DNA of 64,000 bases, from positions 3,168,001-3,232,000 of the forward strand of contig OY781964.1 of the NCBI GenBank assembly GCA_963677485.1. The letters run 5' to 3'. A program made the translations under genes and the position numbers. Source of the DNA: Armatimonadota bacterium. GTDB lineage: Bacteria > Armatimonadota > HRBIN16. Of the stretch, positions 39,216 to 49,798 are shown one piece after another (the first letter of the stretch is position 1; every line of letters starts with the position of its first letter). The notes under the pieces are model-generated. The model did no database searches. It was not told where the DNA came from and saw only the letters and a program-made list of their open reading frames with translations.

Positions 39216-41189
39216 ATGAGAAGAGCGATCTTGGCACTGCTGCTTGGTGTGTTCTGCACATCAGCAAGCGTGCAATCGGCGGAGCCGAAAATCCGTGACA
39301 TCTACCCTGACACCTGGGTGGGTATTGATGCCATTAACCGGACGATGCCTACCTATCAACAGGTTGGTCCCGTCAAAAAAGACCAGCGGCGTGTGGTGGG
39401 GATATTCTATATCACCTGGCATACCAATAACTACAAGGACATGAAAAGTCCATACCTGGCTGATGTGTCCAAGGTTCTGGCCAAAGACCCTAGTGCCCGC
39501 CTGGATGGCAACAACCCTGGCTGGACCGAAGGCAGCTACCACTGGGGTGAGCCTGAGATGGGCTATTTCCTCAGTCAGGATGAGTATGTGATTCGCAAAG
39601 ATATGTCGATGCTGGCCGATGCCGGTGTGGATGTGCTTGTGATGGACGTCACCAATGCTGTTCGGTATTGGGACGAGTGGAATGTGCTGTTTCCCATCAT
39701 GCAGAAGATGAAGGCCGAAGGCACGAAGGTACCGAAGTTCTGCTTCTGGGCTTTTAATGGTCCATGCATCACCGTGGTGCAGGACCTATACGAAAAAGTC
39801 TATAAAGTGAACAAGTATAAAGACCTGTGGTTTATGTGGGACGGAAAGCCGTTACTGTTATACAATGGTTCACCCGCTTCCGATGCCAATGGCGGCGGTG
39901 TGCAGAATCCAAACCCCAACTATGATGCCGCAGCGAAAACTGATCCGAACAACCCGCATTACGGAGACCCTGACTACACCGAGGAGTTCTACAAAGACTA
40001 CACCAAAGAGGTGAAAAACAGCTTCACCTTACGCTCAATGTGGTGGGGATATGACAGTTGGGCCGGTAAGAAGTATGTCGGCGGCGAAGACAACTGGAGC
40101 TTCGGATATGATCTAGGCGATGAGAAGAATAAGGTCAAGAACCCTATCGACCTGGTTTCAACTCACAAAGGCAAGAAAGAAGAAGCCGCAGTGACCCCTG
40201 GACAGCACCCTTCGAGTCTGATCGGCAAGAGCTGGACGCGCGAAAAGGGTGAGCCACAATTAAACGACCATGACCTCCCTGTGCCGACCTATGTGCCATG
40301 GCTGAAGAAGACTGTGAAGAACCCGGAAGCTTACGGCATCTACTTCCAGCAGCGATGGGATGAGGCGATCGCCGCTAATCCGCAGTTCCTGTACATCAAC
40401 GACTGGAACGAGTGGACGGCTGGGAAATACCCAACCACCGGCGAGTTCATGCGCCGCAAAAACCCCGGATATTTCTTTGTGGACCAGTATAACGCCGAGT
40501 TCAACCGCTGCGTCCAGCCCGTGAAGGGTGGTTATACTGACAATTACTACATGCAGATGGCTCAGAACATCCGACGATATAAGGGTGTTCGCCCGATCCC
40601 TGAATTGAAGGGACTGTCGAGCATCAAGCTGGACGGAAACTTCGCCGACTGGGTAAAGTCGAAAGTGGAATATCGAGATACCGCAGACGATGTATTCCAT
40701 CGTGACCATCTAGGTTACGGCGGTATCCGCTACACCAACGACTCCGGCCGCAATGACATCATCACCAGCAAAGTGGCTGTAGACAGCAAGATGGTCTACT
40801 TCAATGCTCAAACCAGCAAGCCATTGACGCCATCTTCAGATAAGAACTGGATGCTTCTGTTGATCGATGCTGACAAGAACCCCAAAACCGGCTGGTACGG
40901 ATATGACTACCTGATCAACCGCAGCGTGTTGAACTCCAACAAGACCACCATCATGAAGTATAAAGGCAAGAACTGGGTGACGGTGGGCAAGCTAGACTAC
41001 CGGTATGCAGGTAAGGCGCTTGAGCTGGCAGTGCCTCGTGAGCTGCTGGGTCTGAAGCGCAATAGCTTTGCGTTTGACTTCAAATGGGCAGACAATCCGG
41101 CTGATCTGAAGGATCCCATCTCGCTGTGCCTCAACGGTGACACCGCACCGAACCGACGGTTTAACTACCGCTGTATCTGGAGTAAGTAG
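39216..41189 (+). CDS. Secreted GH99/GH71-like glycoside hydrolase (paralogue 5)
   Basis: Same motifs; RBS and first codons identical to the 34646 gene. Confidence 0.65.
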   Translation: MRRAILALLLGVFCTSASVQSAEPKIRDIYPDTWVGIDAINRTMPTYQQVGPVKKDQRRVVGIFYITWHTNNYKDMKSPYLADVSKVLAKDPSARLDGNNPGWTEGSYHWGEPEMGYFLSQDEYVIRKDMSMLADAGVDVLVMDVTNAVRYWDEWNVLFPIMQKMKAEGTKVPKFCFWAFNGPCITVVQDLYEKVYKVNKYKDLWFMWDGKPLLLYNGSPASDANGGGVQNPNPNYDAAAKTDPNNPHYGDPDYTEEFYKDYTKEVKNSFTLRSMWWGYDSWAGKKYVGGEDNWSFGYDLGDEKNKVKNPIDLVSTHKGKKEEAAVTPGQHPSSLIGKSWTREKGEPQLNDHDLPVPTYVPWLKKTVKNPEAYGIYFQQRWDEAIAANPQFLYINDWNEWTAGKYPTTGEFMRRKNPGYFFVDQYNAEFNRCVQPVKGGYTDNYYMQMAQNIRRYKGVRPIPELKGLSSIKLDGNFADWVKSKVEYRDTADDVFHRDHLGYGGIRYTNDSGRNDIITSKVAVDSKMVYFNAQTSKPLTPSSDKNWMLLLIDADKNPKTGWYGYDYLINRSVLNSNKTTIMKYKGKNWVTVGKLDYRYAGKALELAVPRELLGLKRNSFAFDFKWADNPADLKDPISLCLNGDTAPNRRFNYRCIWSK

Positions 41190-41194
41190 CAAGG

Positions 41195-41238
41195 TGCTAG
41201 ATACTACCGGCAGTAAATCCCGCCGGTAGTATCTAGCA
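41195..41238. terminator. Long hairpin closing the GH array
   Basis: tgctagatactaccggc-agtaaatccc-gccggtagtatctagca (17-bp stem). Confidence 0.6.
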
Positions 41239-41248
41239 AGTAATGGAT

Positions 41249-41275
41249 TGAAACATTCTGAACGGTGCTACGTCT
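41249..41275 (+). promoter_or_regulatory. ECF sigma-type promoter
   Basis: TGAAAC-N16-CGTCT, matching the SigW/SigM-type consensus. Confidence 0.5.
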
Positions 41276-41326
41276 GTACTGATGTGACATACTGAATCAC
41301 ATCGCAAATTCTATGGAGGATGTCCC

Positions 41327-42052
41327 ATGAAAAAGAGTCTCACACTGTTTCTGGTATCATTAGCAACCGCGAGCTTGATCTCCATGGCAATGGCCCAGCA
41401 GCCAGATAATGGCGGACAGCAGCAAGGCGGTCAACAACAAGGCGGCCAACGCCAAGGTCAGGGCAACAGGAACCAGGGTCAGGGTATGAACCGCCAAATG
41501 GGTGGCATGAACCGTCAACCATCAGCACCAACCATCAAACTAGGTAACTCTGGCGTGTTTGTGGTGCAGGCCTCAGGCGTCATGAAACTTGACCCGACTA
41601 ACCTTACGCCGATGACTCAGGTGGCCCTTCTACCCGCGAATGCAACGGGAGCCGCAAGTTCTCAGCGCGTGCCCGGACCTGGTGATACACCAGCGGCCCC
41701 TGCAGGGGGCGGTATGGGCATGATGATGTCGGCCAGTTGTGAACTGGGAGCCGATGACGCACTTTACTGTGTGGTAGGCCCATATTATGTGCATATCGAC
41801 GGCAAGACGATGAAGGATGTCGCCCGGTTTGCTCTCTACGCTGTTCCTGCCATGCCCCAGCAGACTGCTGATCCACAGGATCCGCAAGCTCAAAGTCAGC
41901 AGATGATGCAGATGATGCAGATGATGCAGCCCTCACAGTTACAGCTAAAGGGTAATCGTCTGCTGGTTGCTACTGGCGGACGCGTGATATTAATAGACAC
42001 CGCCAGTGACACGATAATCGCAACCTTCCCCGCTGCCAAGCCGGAAAAGTAA
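41327..42052 (+). CDS. Secreted protein with three beta-propeller-like blades and Gln/Gly/Met-rich linkers
   Basis: GGAGG RBS, signal peptide; ordered segments align with 15908-16780. Confidence 0.75.
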   Translation: MKKSLTLFLVSLATASLISMAMAQQPDNGGQQQGGQQQGGQRQGQGNRNQGQGMNRQMGGMNRQPSAPTIKLGNSGVFVVQASGVMKLDPTNLTPMTQVALLPANATGAASSQRVPGPGDTPAAPAGGGMGMMMSASCELGADDALYCVVGPYYVHIDGKTMKDVARFALYAVPAMPQQTADPQDPQAQSQQMMQMMQMMQPSQLQLKGNRLLVATGGRVILIDTASDTIIATFPAAKPEK

Positions 42053-42069
42053 CTCGACCTGATGATACG

Positions 42070-42099
42070 AACAGGGGCTGAAAACATTCAGCCCCTGTT
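42070..42099 (+). terminator. Hairpin terminator
   Basis: aacaggggctgaa-aca-ttcagcccctgtt. Confidence 0.6.
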
Positions 42100-42176
42100 G
42101 ACCAGCGAACAAGCCACATTCCGCCTCCGTTTCCGATAAACTGCATTTGTAGACCACAGAGCAGGAGCCAGACCGC

Positions 42177-43067
42177 ATGACCACCACCGCACCCAGCGAA
42201 CAGACACTGACCCGACAAAGCGTGTTCCGACAGCACCGAGTCGCACTCGACTGTGTGCGGAGCAGTGTGCCCGATGGGAAGGGATACCCCAGGCATCAGC
42301 ACGACTTCAGCGAGCTTGTGATCGTGCTGGAGGGTGAGGCACAGCACGTCACGCAAACAGACCGCTTTCCTATCTCTGCAGGCAGTGTGTTCGTGCTGCA
42401 TCCGGGGGAACCGCACGCCTATCAGCAGTCACATCAGCTTCTGATGGCCAACATCATGTTCCGCCGGGAGGAGCTGCCGTTGTTGTGGTCAGATGTGTCT
42501 CAGATGCCCGGATTCCACACGCTTTTCACACTGGAACCCAACTACCGGCGCAACGCGGGCAATGAGGGGCAGTTGACGCTCGACACCGACCAACTCGCCC
42601 AGCTCAGCGTGATGCTTCAGCACTTGGATGATGAACTAAGTCAACGTGATCCGGGCTGGATCACCGCCGCAATGGCTCACTTCGCTTTGATCGTCACCAC
42701 GCTTTGCAGGGCCTATAGCCACACTCAGCATCCCATCGCACGCCAACTGCTGCGTGTGGGTGAGGTGGTGGGGCACATCGAGACAAACCTTGATGAGGAA
42801 TACAGCCTTCAGGCGATGGCTGATATGGCGAACCTGAGCCCGCGTGGATTCACGCGGTTATTTCGGCAGTTGATGGGAACTTCGCCCATCGACTACCTCA
42901 TCCGGAAGCGCATGGAACGCGCGGCTGAGTTGCTCATGGACCCCAAATTGGGCAACAACGAGGTGGCGCACATGGTGGGCCTCAGCGACGGCAACTACCT
43001 CGCCAGGCAGTTCCGCAGGATCTACGGATGCAGTCCCCGCGCTTACCAGCGCAATAGGCGAGGGTAG
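42177..43067 (+). CDS. AraC family regulator (RhaR/RhaS-like)
   Basis: Cupin H.HDFSELVIV..G...H; C-terminal double HTH ending F....GCSP..Y. Confidence 0.92.
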   Translation: MTTTAPSEQTLTRQSVFRQHRVALDCVRSSVPDGKGYPRHQHDFSELVIVLEGEAQHVTQTDRFPISAGSVFVLHPGEPHAYQQSHQLLMANIMFRREELPLLWSDVSQMPGFHTLFTLEPNYRRNAGNEGQLTLDTDQLAQLSVMLQHLDDELSQRDPGWITAAMAHFALIVTTLCRAYSHTQHPIARQLLRVGEVVGHIETNLDEEYSLQAMADMANLSPRGFTRLFRQLMGTSPIDYLIRKRMERAAELLMDPKLGNNEVAHMVGLSDGNYLARQFRRIYGCSPRAYQRNRRG

Positions 43068-43161
43068 GGCATCGTGTGTTTCGCGTTTGGAGCACCAGCC
43101 TCGCCTGATCAAAGCCTTGGGCCTATAGAGAGGGCCAACCTTTGTGGTGGTCCTGGATAGC

Positions 43162-43253
43162 GGATGTCTGTATGTGCATGGCGTGCCGTGCCCAAACCCC
43201 GCCATGCACATACGCAAATGCGGGCACGGCACGCCATGCCCCTACAGACATCC
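43162..43253. repeat. REP-like inverted doublet between convergent genes
   Basis: ggatgtctgtatgtgcatggcgtgccgtgccc ... gggcacggcacgccatgcccctacagacatcc. Confidence 0.7.
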
Positions 43254-43291
43254 ACCAACCAAAAAGGTTGTGTTTTGAACTCGACACTAGT

Positions 43292-44179
43292 TTATGGTTT
43301 TAGCAACGTGCGGCGGCGGATGACTGATTTCACATGTGATGCATAAATCCAACGCTGTCCCTTGGCATCAGTGATGATGCGGACATAGTTTGCACGCTGG
43401 TCGGTGGGGTTCGGTATCACTATCGGCGGAGCGTCCGCCGAGAGGATCTGCAGGCCGAGGGCAGTGCCCACGAGGAGCCGACCGTCAGCCAGGGGTGTCA
43501 TGCCGTCAAGCAGGCCCTTGCCGTCTTCAGGCACCTTCGCCTTGAAGGCAATACGCGACGGACCGAGGCGACCATCTGCCCGGATCGGGTAGGCTCGCAC
43601 GGTGTCGGTCATAAATTCGGCGACCCATAACTCGCGGCCGTCGTGGCTCAGGGTGATACCGTTGGGATCGGGTAACTCGGCTACTTTGACAGGCTTCGGG
43701 TCGGCGAGATCGAGTTGATACACGGCGTTTTCCGGCCCCCATGTACAATAGAGCTGGCCTTTCTTTGTGATGACGAGATCGTTGGCGGGACTGGGAAGCA
43801 AGATGCGGCTTGTTTTCCTTGTTTTAAGATCCCAGGCGAGTATGATTGGTTCCGCCATGCAAGCGGCATAAAGCTTGCCGTCAGGGCCGAAGGCGAGGCC
43901 GTTGGCTAGGGAGGTTTTTGCGTCATCCACAGATTCTTCACCAGAAGCGGTGATCTTGTGAAGCTTCGCTTCGGGTACATCCGTCAGGTAGATTGTGCCG
44001 TTGTCCGCTGCGACGATCCCCTCGACTATGTTGTAACCTTCACCAACAGTTTCCCATGCTGACCCCTTCACGAAAACGCCACTCCCCACGGCCTTCAAAC
44101 GTAAGATCATCGCTGTGGCTATAGCGATAGTGGTTACAGTTACCAAGGTGAATCTCATGATGAATATGTCGTTTACCAT
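43292..44179 (-). CDS. SMP-30/gluconolactonase/LRE family protein
   Basis: EG, NGLAFGPDG, PNGITLS.DG, DGM motifs; N-terminal hydrophobic segment. Confidence 0.88.
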   Translation of the reverse strand: MVNDIFIMRFTLVTVTTIAIATAMILRLKAVGSGVFVKGSAWETVGEGYNIVEGIVAADNGTIYLTDVPEAKLHKITASGEESVDDAKTSLANGLAFGPDGKLYAACMAEPIILAWDLKTRKTSRILLPSPANDLVITKKGQLYCTWGPENAVYQLDLADPKPVKVAELPDPNGITLSHDGRELWVAEFMTDTVRAYPIRADGRLGPSRIAFKAKVPEDGKGLLDGMTPLADGRLLVGTALGLQILSADAPPIVIPNPTDQRANYVRIITDAKGQRWIYASHVKSVIRRRTLLKP

Positions 44180-44429
44180 ACTGTATTACCACCTTTCAAG
44201 GGGCCTATCGCTATCATCATCATTCTCACTGCCTGCTTCGTCGCGCATTCCATCATGATCACCTCAAGATTGATCGAACTGTCGATTATTTTACTTGTAA
44301 GTCACTGACATAGGGGCACACCTTGTAAGTGATTGGCTGGGGGTTCCCTTGTGGGCACCCGAAACACGAACTATCGGATGCGCAAAGGTTAGGGCCGGCA
44401 CAAGGCACGGCCCATACGGCCAGCATCAA

Positions 44430-47009
44430 CTACAGCCTGGGTGCCTTGACCGCCACGGGCACGTGAGTAATGCTATCAACCTTCAGCACCGCACAACCGC
44501 CGGGTTTGATGCTGATCCGCTTCGAGTAGGGCTTGCCCTGTGCGTCTTTTCCCTTGAATTCCACGCTGCTGCGGGTGACACGCACACGCAGGCTCATCCC
44601 GCGCCAGTCGATGTTGCTGACCTCGGCATAACTCAGCTTCGCCGGTAGCTTTGGCGTGACCTGCAGGCTGTCTGGTGTGGCCTCGAGACCGATCACGCCA
44701 TACAAAAAGTATAACGGCACCAGACCGCTTTCGGGGAAGGGGTAGTCCACGCCCACCGAACCTGCATCCTCTTGCTGGGATGTTTCGCCTCGATAGAGCG
44801 GTGACCCACCGCAAAGCCGGTCGGGCATTCGGTACCGGGCCATGATCTCACTGAACCGCGTCCAGGCGTTCTCCACTCCCAGATACTTCACACGCGCCAT
44901 CAGGTCATAGAAGGAGGTGTAGAGGATCGCCCCGCCGTCCTGGCATTGGTCGCCAAACGGGGTGCCGGGCCACCAGTAGGTCCACCACGGCTTCACAGGT
45001 GAGCTTATTTCGGCGTTGGGGTTGTTCTCTCCCCACATTGGGTTGTGAATGGTGGTGGTTCGCGGCGCAAATATCCACTTGGAATACGTGTCGGCGGTGC
45101 CGCTGGAGGTCGGTTCGGTCTCCATCCAATGGTAGATGCGCTTCGCTTTGGCCTCATCACCCAGACCGCAATACATCGCCTCCAGGTTCACGAAGGTGAA
45201 TCCGTAGTCGTGCCGGGCACCATCGATGTCGACACATCCGATGTAACGGCCCTTGGCTTCATCCCAGAACACTTCGTCATACCGGCGGTGGGCCGTCTGG
45301 CGTAAAGTACTATAGTCGGCCAGAGGAGTTGAGCCGAGTGCCTCATCGATCTGCCTCATCGCGGTGAGCGAGTCGTAGAAGGCGATGTTGGCGTAGGCAT
45401 CGAGGTGGCCAAACGGCAGGATGTCCCAGTAGCTGTCGCCCAGGTCCTCATGCCAGCCGGTCTTGAAGTCTGGTGTCACGATCAGTCCCTCTTTGCCCTT
45501 CAGCACATCAAGCTGGTAGGCCATGGCCCGGCGCAGGCGGTCCTGCTGCTTGCGCAGGTAGTTGGCATCACCCGTGAAGAGGTAGTGGCGCCAGCAGCCG
45601 ATGATATATCGCGCGTTGGTGTCGAAGTGCCGAGTGTCGCGGTTTGGCACCAGAGGCCAGCCGATGGTCTGCCCGTAGGTGTAGACATACCCCTCGGCAG
45701 TAATGGGGTTGGTGGTCAGAAAATTCGCCTCGCCGTCATGCAATGGCCCCTTGAACCAGCCGCGCATGATGCCCATCCAGTCGGCCCATTCGATGGTGTG
45801 CTGTGCGGGCGCCGGGTAGGTGAAGCCGCGTTCCCACCAGAACCTGTTGAGCTCACTGGTGAGCCCCGGGTCGCCGCAGCCGAATCGTGGGAACTGGGCA
45901 GGGATGGTGTCATCGCGTTTCTGCACCTCCATGCGCCAGCCGCTTTTCCACTCGCCCTGATCTTTCCGCATGGGGGTGTCGAAGTTCATCGACATCACCG
46001 TGTCAGTCATCGTCCAGTTCATGCCCATGCCGTCACCCATCAGGCGCAGGTCGGCATCGGCATTGCCGTCCATCTCAATCCACTGGCAGCCGGTGAACTG
46101 GCAGCCCTGGCCAAAACCCATATGGGGGCGGCGCTTGAGCTGCTCCACGGGCATATACATCTGGTTGTCTGTGAACAGCCTGCTGAACACGATGCCCGCT
46201 TTTGGCGTGCAGTCGTAGCCCGATTTCGTCCACGTGGTGTTCCAACGCCAAGGAAGGCGCGTGAAGTCATCATCTCCGACGGGCTTCAGAGAGGCTTCGA
46301 CAGATATCACACGCTGGCGTAGCGAGACGCTGAGCGTGCCATGGCCCACCAGCCGCGAGCCGGATATACGGATCGCACGGTCACCGGCCACTGGCTTACC
46401 GTCCGCCAGCGCACCGCCTTGCGGATATACATCGCCGTCGCTGCACCACCAACCGACAGTACCCACCGGATCGGAGATCACGACGGTATACTCGCCGCCC
46501 ATGCGCGGCTTGTCGAGCTCTAGAATCTGCCAGGCGCTGTTGACCACCTTCTCGATCTTCTTGGTCACCAGAAGCACGTCCTGCTGGTAAAGGCTGATCG
46601 TGACGCCGGAGCTGTCGGAATTCCAGGTTGGCAGCTTCATCGACACTGCCTTGAAGGACACATCGTCGGGGATTCTGAAGCTCTGACCCAAGGTGTGTCC
46701 AGAGGTCAGCATGACGGGTGTATCGGTACCGCCTGTGGCACCATAAGTCTGCTCTCTCCACTCTTCGAGGGACGCAATCGATGCGGTATTGTCCTTCACA
46801 GTGATGCGAGTTTGAGGGGTATCACGCCAGTTGGACGGCTTGAGTTCCTTCACGAAGTCCAGCGTGCCAGATCCGGCTTTCAGCGATGTGATGCTCGTGC
46901 CGCTGATGGCGAGTTTGACATACCGGTTCTTGAGCACCGCGTCGGCTCGTGCCGAGTCTGTGGCGATCAATACGCCAATGGCGACCGTGATCATGATGAC
47001 TGGCTGCAT
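44430..47009 (-). CDS. Secreted (alpha/alpha)6-barrel glycoside hydrolase-like protein
   Basis: Signal peptide; HYLFTGD..YL, SYWD, AY.N..FY..L, FWDE.KGRY; family not assignable. Confidence 0.6.
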   Translation of the reverse strand: MQPVIMITVAIGVLIATDSARADAVLKNRYVKLAISGTSITSLKAGSGTLDFVKELKPSNWRDTPQTRITVKDNTASIASLEEWREQTYGATGGTDTPVMLTSGHTLGQSFRIPDDVSFKAVSMKLPTWNSDSSGVTISLYQQDVLLVTKKIEKVVNSAWQILELDKPRMGGEYTVVISDPVGTVGWWCSDGDVYPQGGALADGKPVAGDRAIRISGSRLVGHGTLSVSLRQRVISVEASLKPVGDDDFTRLPWRWNTTWTKSGYDCTPKAGIVFSRLFTDNQMYMPVEQLKRRPHMGFGQGCQFTGCQWIEMDGNADADLRLMGDGMGMNWTMTDTVMSMNFDTPMRKDQGEWKSGWRMEVQKRDDTIPAQFPRFGCGDPGLTSELNRFWWERGFTYPAPAQHTIEWADWMGIMRGWFKGPLHDGEANFLTTNPITAEGYVYTYGQTIGWPLVPNRDTRHFDTNARYIIGCWRHYLFTGDANYLRKQQDRLRRAMAYQLDVLKGKEGLIVTPDFKTGWHEDLGDSYWDILPFGHLDAYANIAFYDSLTAMRQIDEALGSTPLADYSTLRQTAHRRYDEVFWDEAKGRYIGCVDIDGARHDYGFTFVNLEAMYCGLGDEAKAKRIYHWMETEPTSSGTADTYSKWIFAPRTTTIHNPMWGENNPNAEISSPVKPWWTYWWPGTPFGDQCQDGGAILYTSFYDLMARVKYLGVENAWTRFSEIMARYRMPDRLCGGSPLYRGETSQQEDAGSVGVDYPFPESGLVPLYFLYGVIGLEATPDSLQVTPKLPAKLSYAEVSNIDWRGMSLRVRVTRSSVEFKGKDAQGKPYSKRISIKPGGCAVLKVDSITHVPVAVKAPRL

Positions 47010-47032
47010 GTGAATACCCCTCTTGTTGCTTG

Positions 47033-48784
47033 CTACCGCGAAGTGACGCTGAAGATACCCTTGGAAGCGCTGAGCGGCTCTTCGATCATGAACTTCGCCA
47101 GGAACCCCTCGAGATCGGATTCTAGAGCCACGATTGCCTGCTCCATTTCCGGCCAGTCGGGCACGGTTTGCCCGGCGGATGCCGCGGCCTGTTCCTCAAG
47201 GTGGTTCTGCTGGTCGGCGCGGAGCACCGCCAGAAGCTCATCCACCGAGTGCTGTGGCATGGGCAATTGCAGCTCCATGGCTTTGCGCAGGATGGTGGCC
47301 AGGTTGGTCTCGCGCAGATGATATGCGTATGCCAGTGCCCGTCGGCGGATGGCGGCGGTTTCCCGCATCGTCAATTGGAACGCCTCAGCCAGTGCTTCCG
47401 GCACCGATCCTTGGATGGAGGCTCCGATTCCGAGTGCTGCTCCCCATCGGTCGGCCGCTTTCTGGCAGCGGAGCTGCACATCTTCCAGCATCCAGGGGTG
47501 CGGTTGACGGCTGTCGGTCTTCATGAAGATGGCGGCGCGTGTGGAATCCCAGCTCGGTGTGTGGCACATCTCGCCTCGGATGGTGCCAGCGGACATGCTG
47601 TGGTCGGTGCGGCTGCGGCCGATCTCGCGGATCATCCAGGCGGTCTCCCATGGGAACAGCTCCATGCCCTCGCTGCAGAGCCGCCAGAACTGCTGCGTGG
47701 CCTCCGTGGCAGCTCCATATGGCGCCGCGAGTGCCTGTAGTGCCTCCTGCTCGGAGATACCTGGGTTGTTGAAAAACAGACCGGTCATGCGCAGGTTGGC
47801 GTCCTCGACGGTGGGGTTCAGGCCGAAATACTCCTTGATACCGCACACGCCAGGCACGTTGGCGATCGCATTGAGGCCGCGCAGGGTGACCAGCGGATGG
47901 GCCAAACTCTTGAACGACTCCAGCTCCTCACTGGGGCCACCCAGCCAGTACTCCACAATCGCTGGCATTCCGCGCCGTTCGGCGATGGTGATGGTGTTCT
48001 TCAGCCAGCGGTCGACGGGCAGCGTGGCCTGCACCTCGGCGATGTTGCAGTGCAGCGATAGGGCAAATCCCCTTGGGTTGATCTTCTCCACGCAGTTGTA
48101 GACCTGTCCCGCCGACAGCTCCCATGGCTCCCACCAGAGCAGGCCCTTCGGACTGATCTGCTGCCATTTGGCGGTCAGACCGTCCAAGAAGGGGACGACG
48201 CGCTCAGACAGCGGGATACCGAGGCAGCGCGGGCATGGCCCGAACTCGCTGCATAGCCAGGCATCTTGATCGTAGGTGTAGATCAGGATGTCGTCCACTC
48301 CTGGGAACTCCTCGGCGAACTTTTCCAGCAGCAGCTCGTAACGGCTCTGCACTTTGGGGTCCATCAGGCAGTTGGGTGGACCATCGCCGAACACCGCATG
48401 TGCGTTGTAGGGGGCACCGAAGTGGAAGATCGTGCGTAAGCCAGCCTCTTTACACAAGGCGATTCTGTGGCGCAGATCGGCACGGCGTTTCTCTCTGGCA
48501 TCGTCACCAGGACGGCAGTTCAGCTTCACCACCTGCGGATATTCCATGTTGAGCTCTGCATCCAGCTCCACGATGTCTTCCAGATTCAAGGGCTCATCGC
48601 CAGGGCGCGCGCCCCAGGCGACGTTCAACTGGATGGTGTTGAAGCCCAGGTTCTTCAGTTTTGCCAGGGTTTCGTGCGTCCAGGACACAGCGACCGGCAT
48701 GTCTACCAGCCGGTACAAAGACTCGGGGATACCAAGGAAACCGACCTTGTATTGCAGGAAGGCCGGGTCAAGTGATGAGGCCAT
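47033..48784 (-). CDS. Hypothetical TIM-barrel (glycoside hydrolase-like) protein with CxxC
   Basis: AGGAG RBS; LKNLGFNTIQL strand/helix pattern; CSEFGPCPRC. Confidence 0.55.
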   Translation of the reverse strand: MASSLDPAFLQYKVGFLGIPESLYRLVDMPVAVSWTHETLAKLKNLGFNTIQLNVAWGARPGDEPLNLEDIVELDAELNMEYPQVVKLNCRPGDDAREKRRADLRHRIALCKEAGLRTIFHFGAPYNAHAVFGDGPPNCLMDPKVQSRYELLLEKFAEEFPGVDDILIYTYDQDAWLCSEFGPCPRCLGIPLSERVVPFLDGLTAKWQQISPKGLLWWEPWELSAGQVYNCVEKINPRGFALSLHCNIAEVQATLPVDRWLKNTITIAERRGMPAIVEYWLGGPSEELESFKSLAHPLVTLRGLNAIANVPGVCGIKEYFGLNPTVEDANLRMTGLFFNNPGISEQEALQALAAPYGAATEATQQFWRLCSEGMELFPWETAWMIREIGRSRTDHSMSAGTIRGEMCHTPSWDSTRAAIFMKTDSRQPHPWMLEDVQLRCQKAADRWGAALGIGASIQGSVPEALAEAFQLTMRETAAIRRRALAYAYHLRETNLATILRKAMELQLPMPQHSVDELLAVLRADQQNHLEEQAAASAGQTVPDWPEMEQAIVALESDLEGFLAKFMIEEPLSASKGIFSVTSR

Positions 48785-49057
48785 ATTCGTTGCTCCTGTA
48801 TTGTTATGACGGCGTGGAATTACCGTCGGTGTTTGTTGCGTGCATTTTGTTGTTCATATTGTATCTGTTATTCCCTGTTATTAACAGGGCCGTTACCATC
48901 TCCAGAGGAGATGCTGTGCAGCATTCGTGTTATCGTGGAGTGTCACAGAGGCGAACCAGGGGGCTGACTTCACCTTCACTCGCGATCACCTGATAGCTTG
49001 TAGAATATAGGTGTGCTTTATGCATCGCACCAATCTTTCTCGTTCACTGGAGTTCAC

Positions 49058-49798
49058 ATGAAAATCGTCGGTATCATTCCCGCTCGTATGGCATCCACTC
49101 GACTGCCCAACAAACCGCTGGTGGATATCTGCGGCTTACCCATGATCGTGCGCGTCTGGAAGAACGCCTGTCAGGCCAAAACCCTCAGCGAAGTGATCGT
49201 CACAGCGCCTGACCAGCAGATCATCGACATCGTGCGCTCTTTCGGCGGCCGTGCGGAGCTGACCTCGGACAAGCACCGCAGCGGGACCGACCGTCTGGCG
49301 GAGCTGGCAGAACGCATTGAGTGCGACGCGGTGGTGAACATCCAGGGTGACGAGCCGCTTCTTCCCGCGGAGCTGATCAACGCGGCCGCCGCCCCCCTGT
49401 TGGAGGACTCCAGCGTGCAGATGGCTTCGCTGATGTGCCCCGCCACCCCCGAGGAGCTGAAGAACCCCAACAACGTGAAGGTGGTCACCGCGTTGAACGG
49501 GGATGCGCTCTATTTCACCCGCAGCGAGGTGCCTTATCGGCGCAACGAGAGCGGCGTGACCAGCTTCAAGCATATCGGAGTGTATGCCTACACCCGGCAG
49601 ACATTGTTGCAGCTCAGCCAGTGGGCTCCCACCCCGCTGGAGATGGCCGAATCGCTGGAGCAGTTACGCGCGCTGGAGAACGGCATCCGCATCCGCATGG
49701 CCCGCGTGGCGTTCAGCCTTGTGGGCGTGGATACCCCAGCGGACCTGGAGCGCGTGCGGCAGGTCTTTGCCCGGAAAGGCGAACGCGACCTGAGCTAG
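49058..49798 (+). CDS. kdsB: 3-deoxy-manno-octulosonate cytidylyltransferase
   Basis: IIPARMASTRLPNKPL, SGTDR, NIQGDEP, HIGVY, ESLEQLRALE, GVDT. Confidence 0.97.
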   Translation: MKIVGIIPARMASTRLPNKPLVDICGLPMIVRVWKNACQAKTLSEVIVTAPDQQIIDIVRSFGGRAELTSDKHRSGTDRLAELAERIECDAVVNIQGDEPLLPAELINAAAAPLLEDSSVQMASLMCPATPEELKNPNNVKVVTALNGDALYFTRSEVPYRRNESGVTSFKHIGVYAYTRQTLLQLSQWAPTPLEMAESLEQLRALENGIRIRMARVAFSLVGVDTPADLERVRQVFARKGERDLS

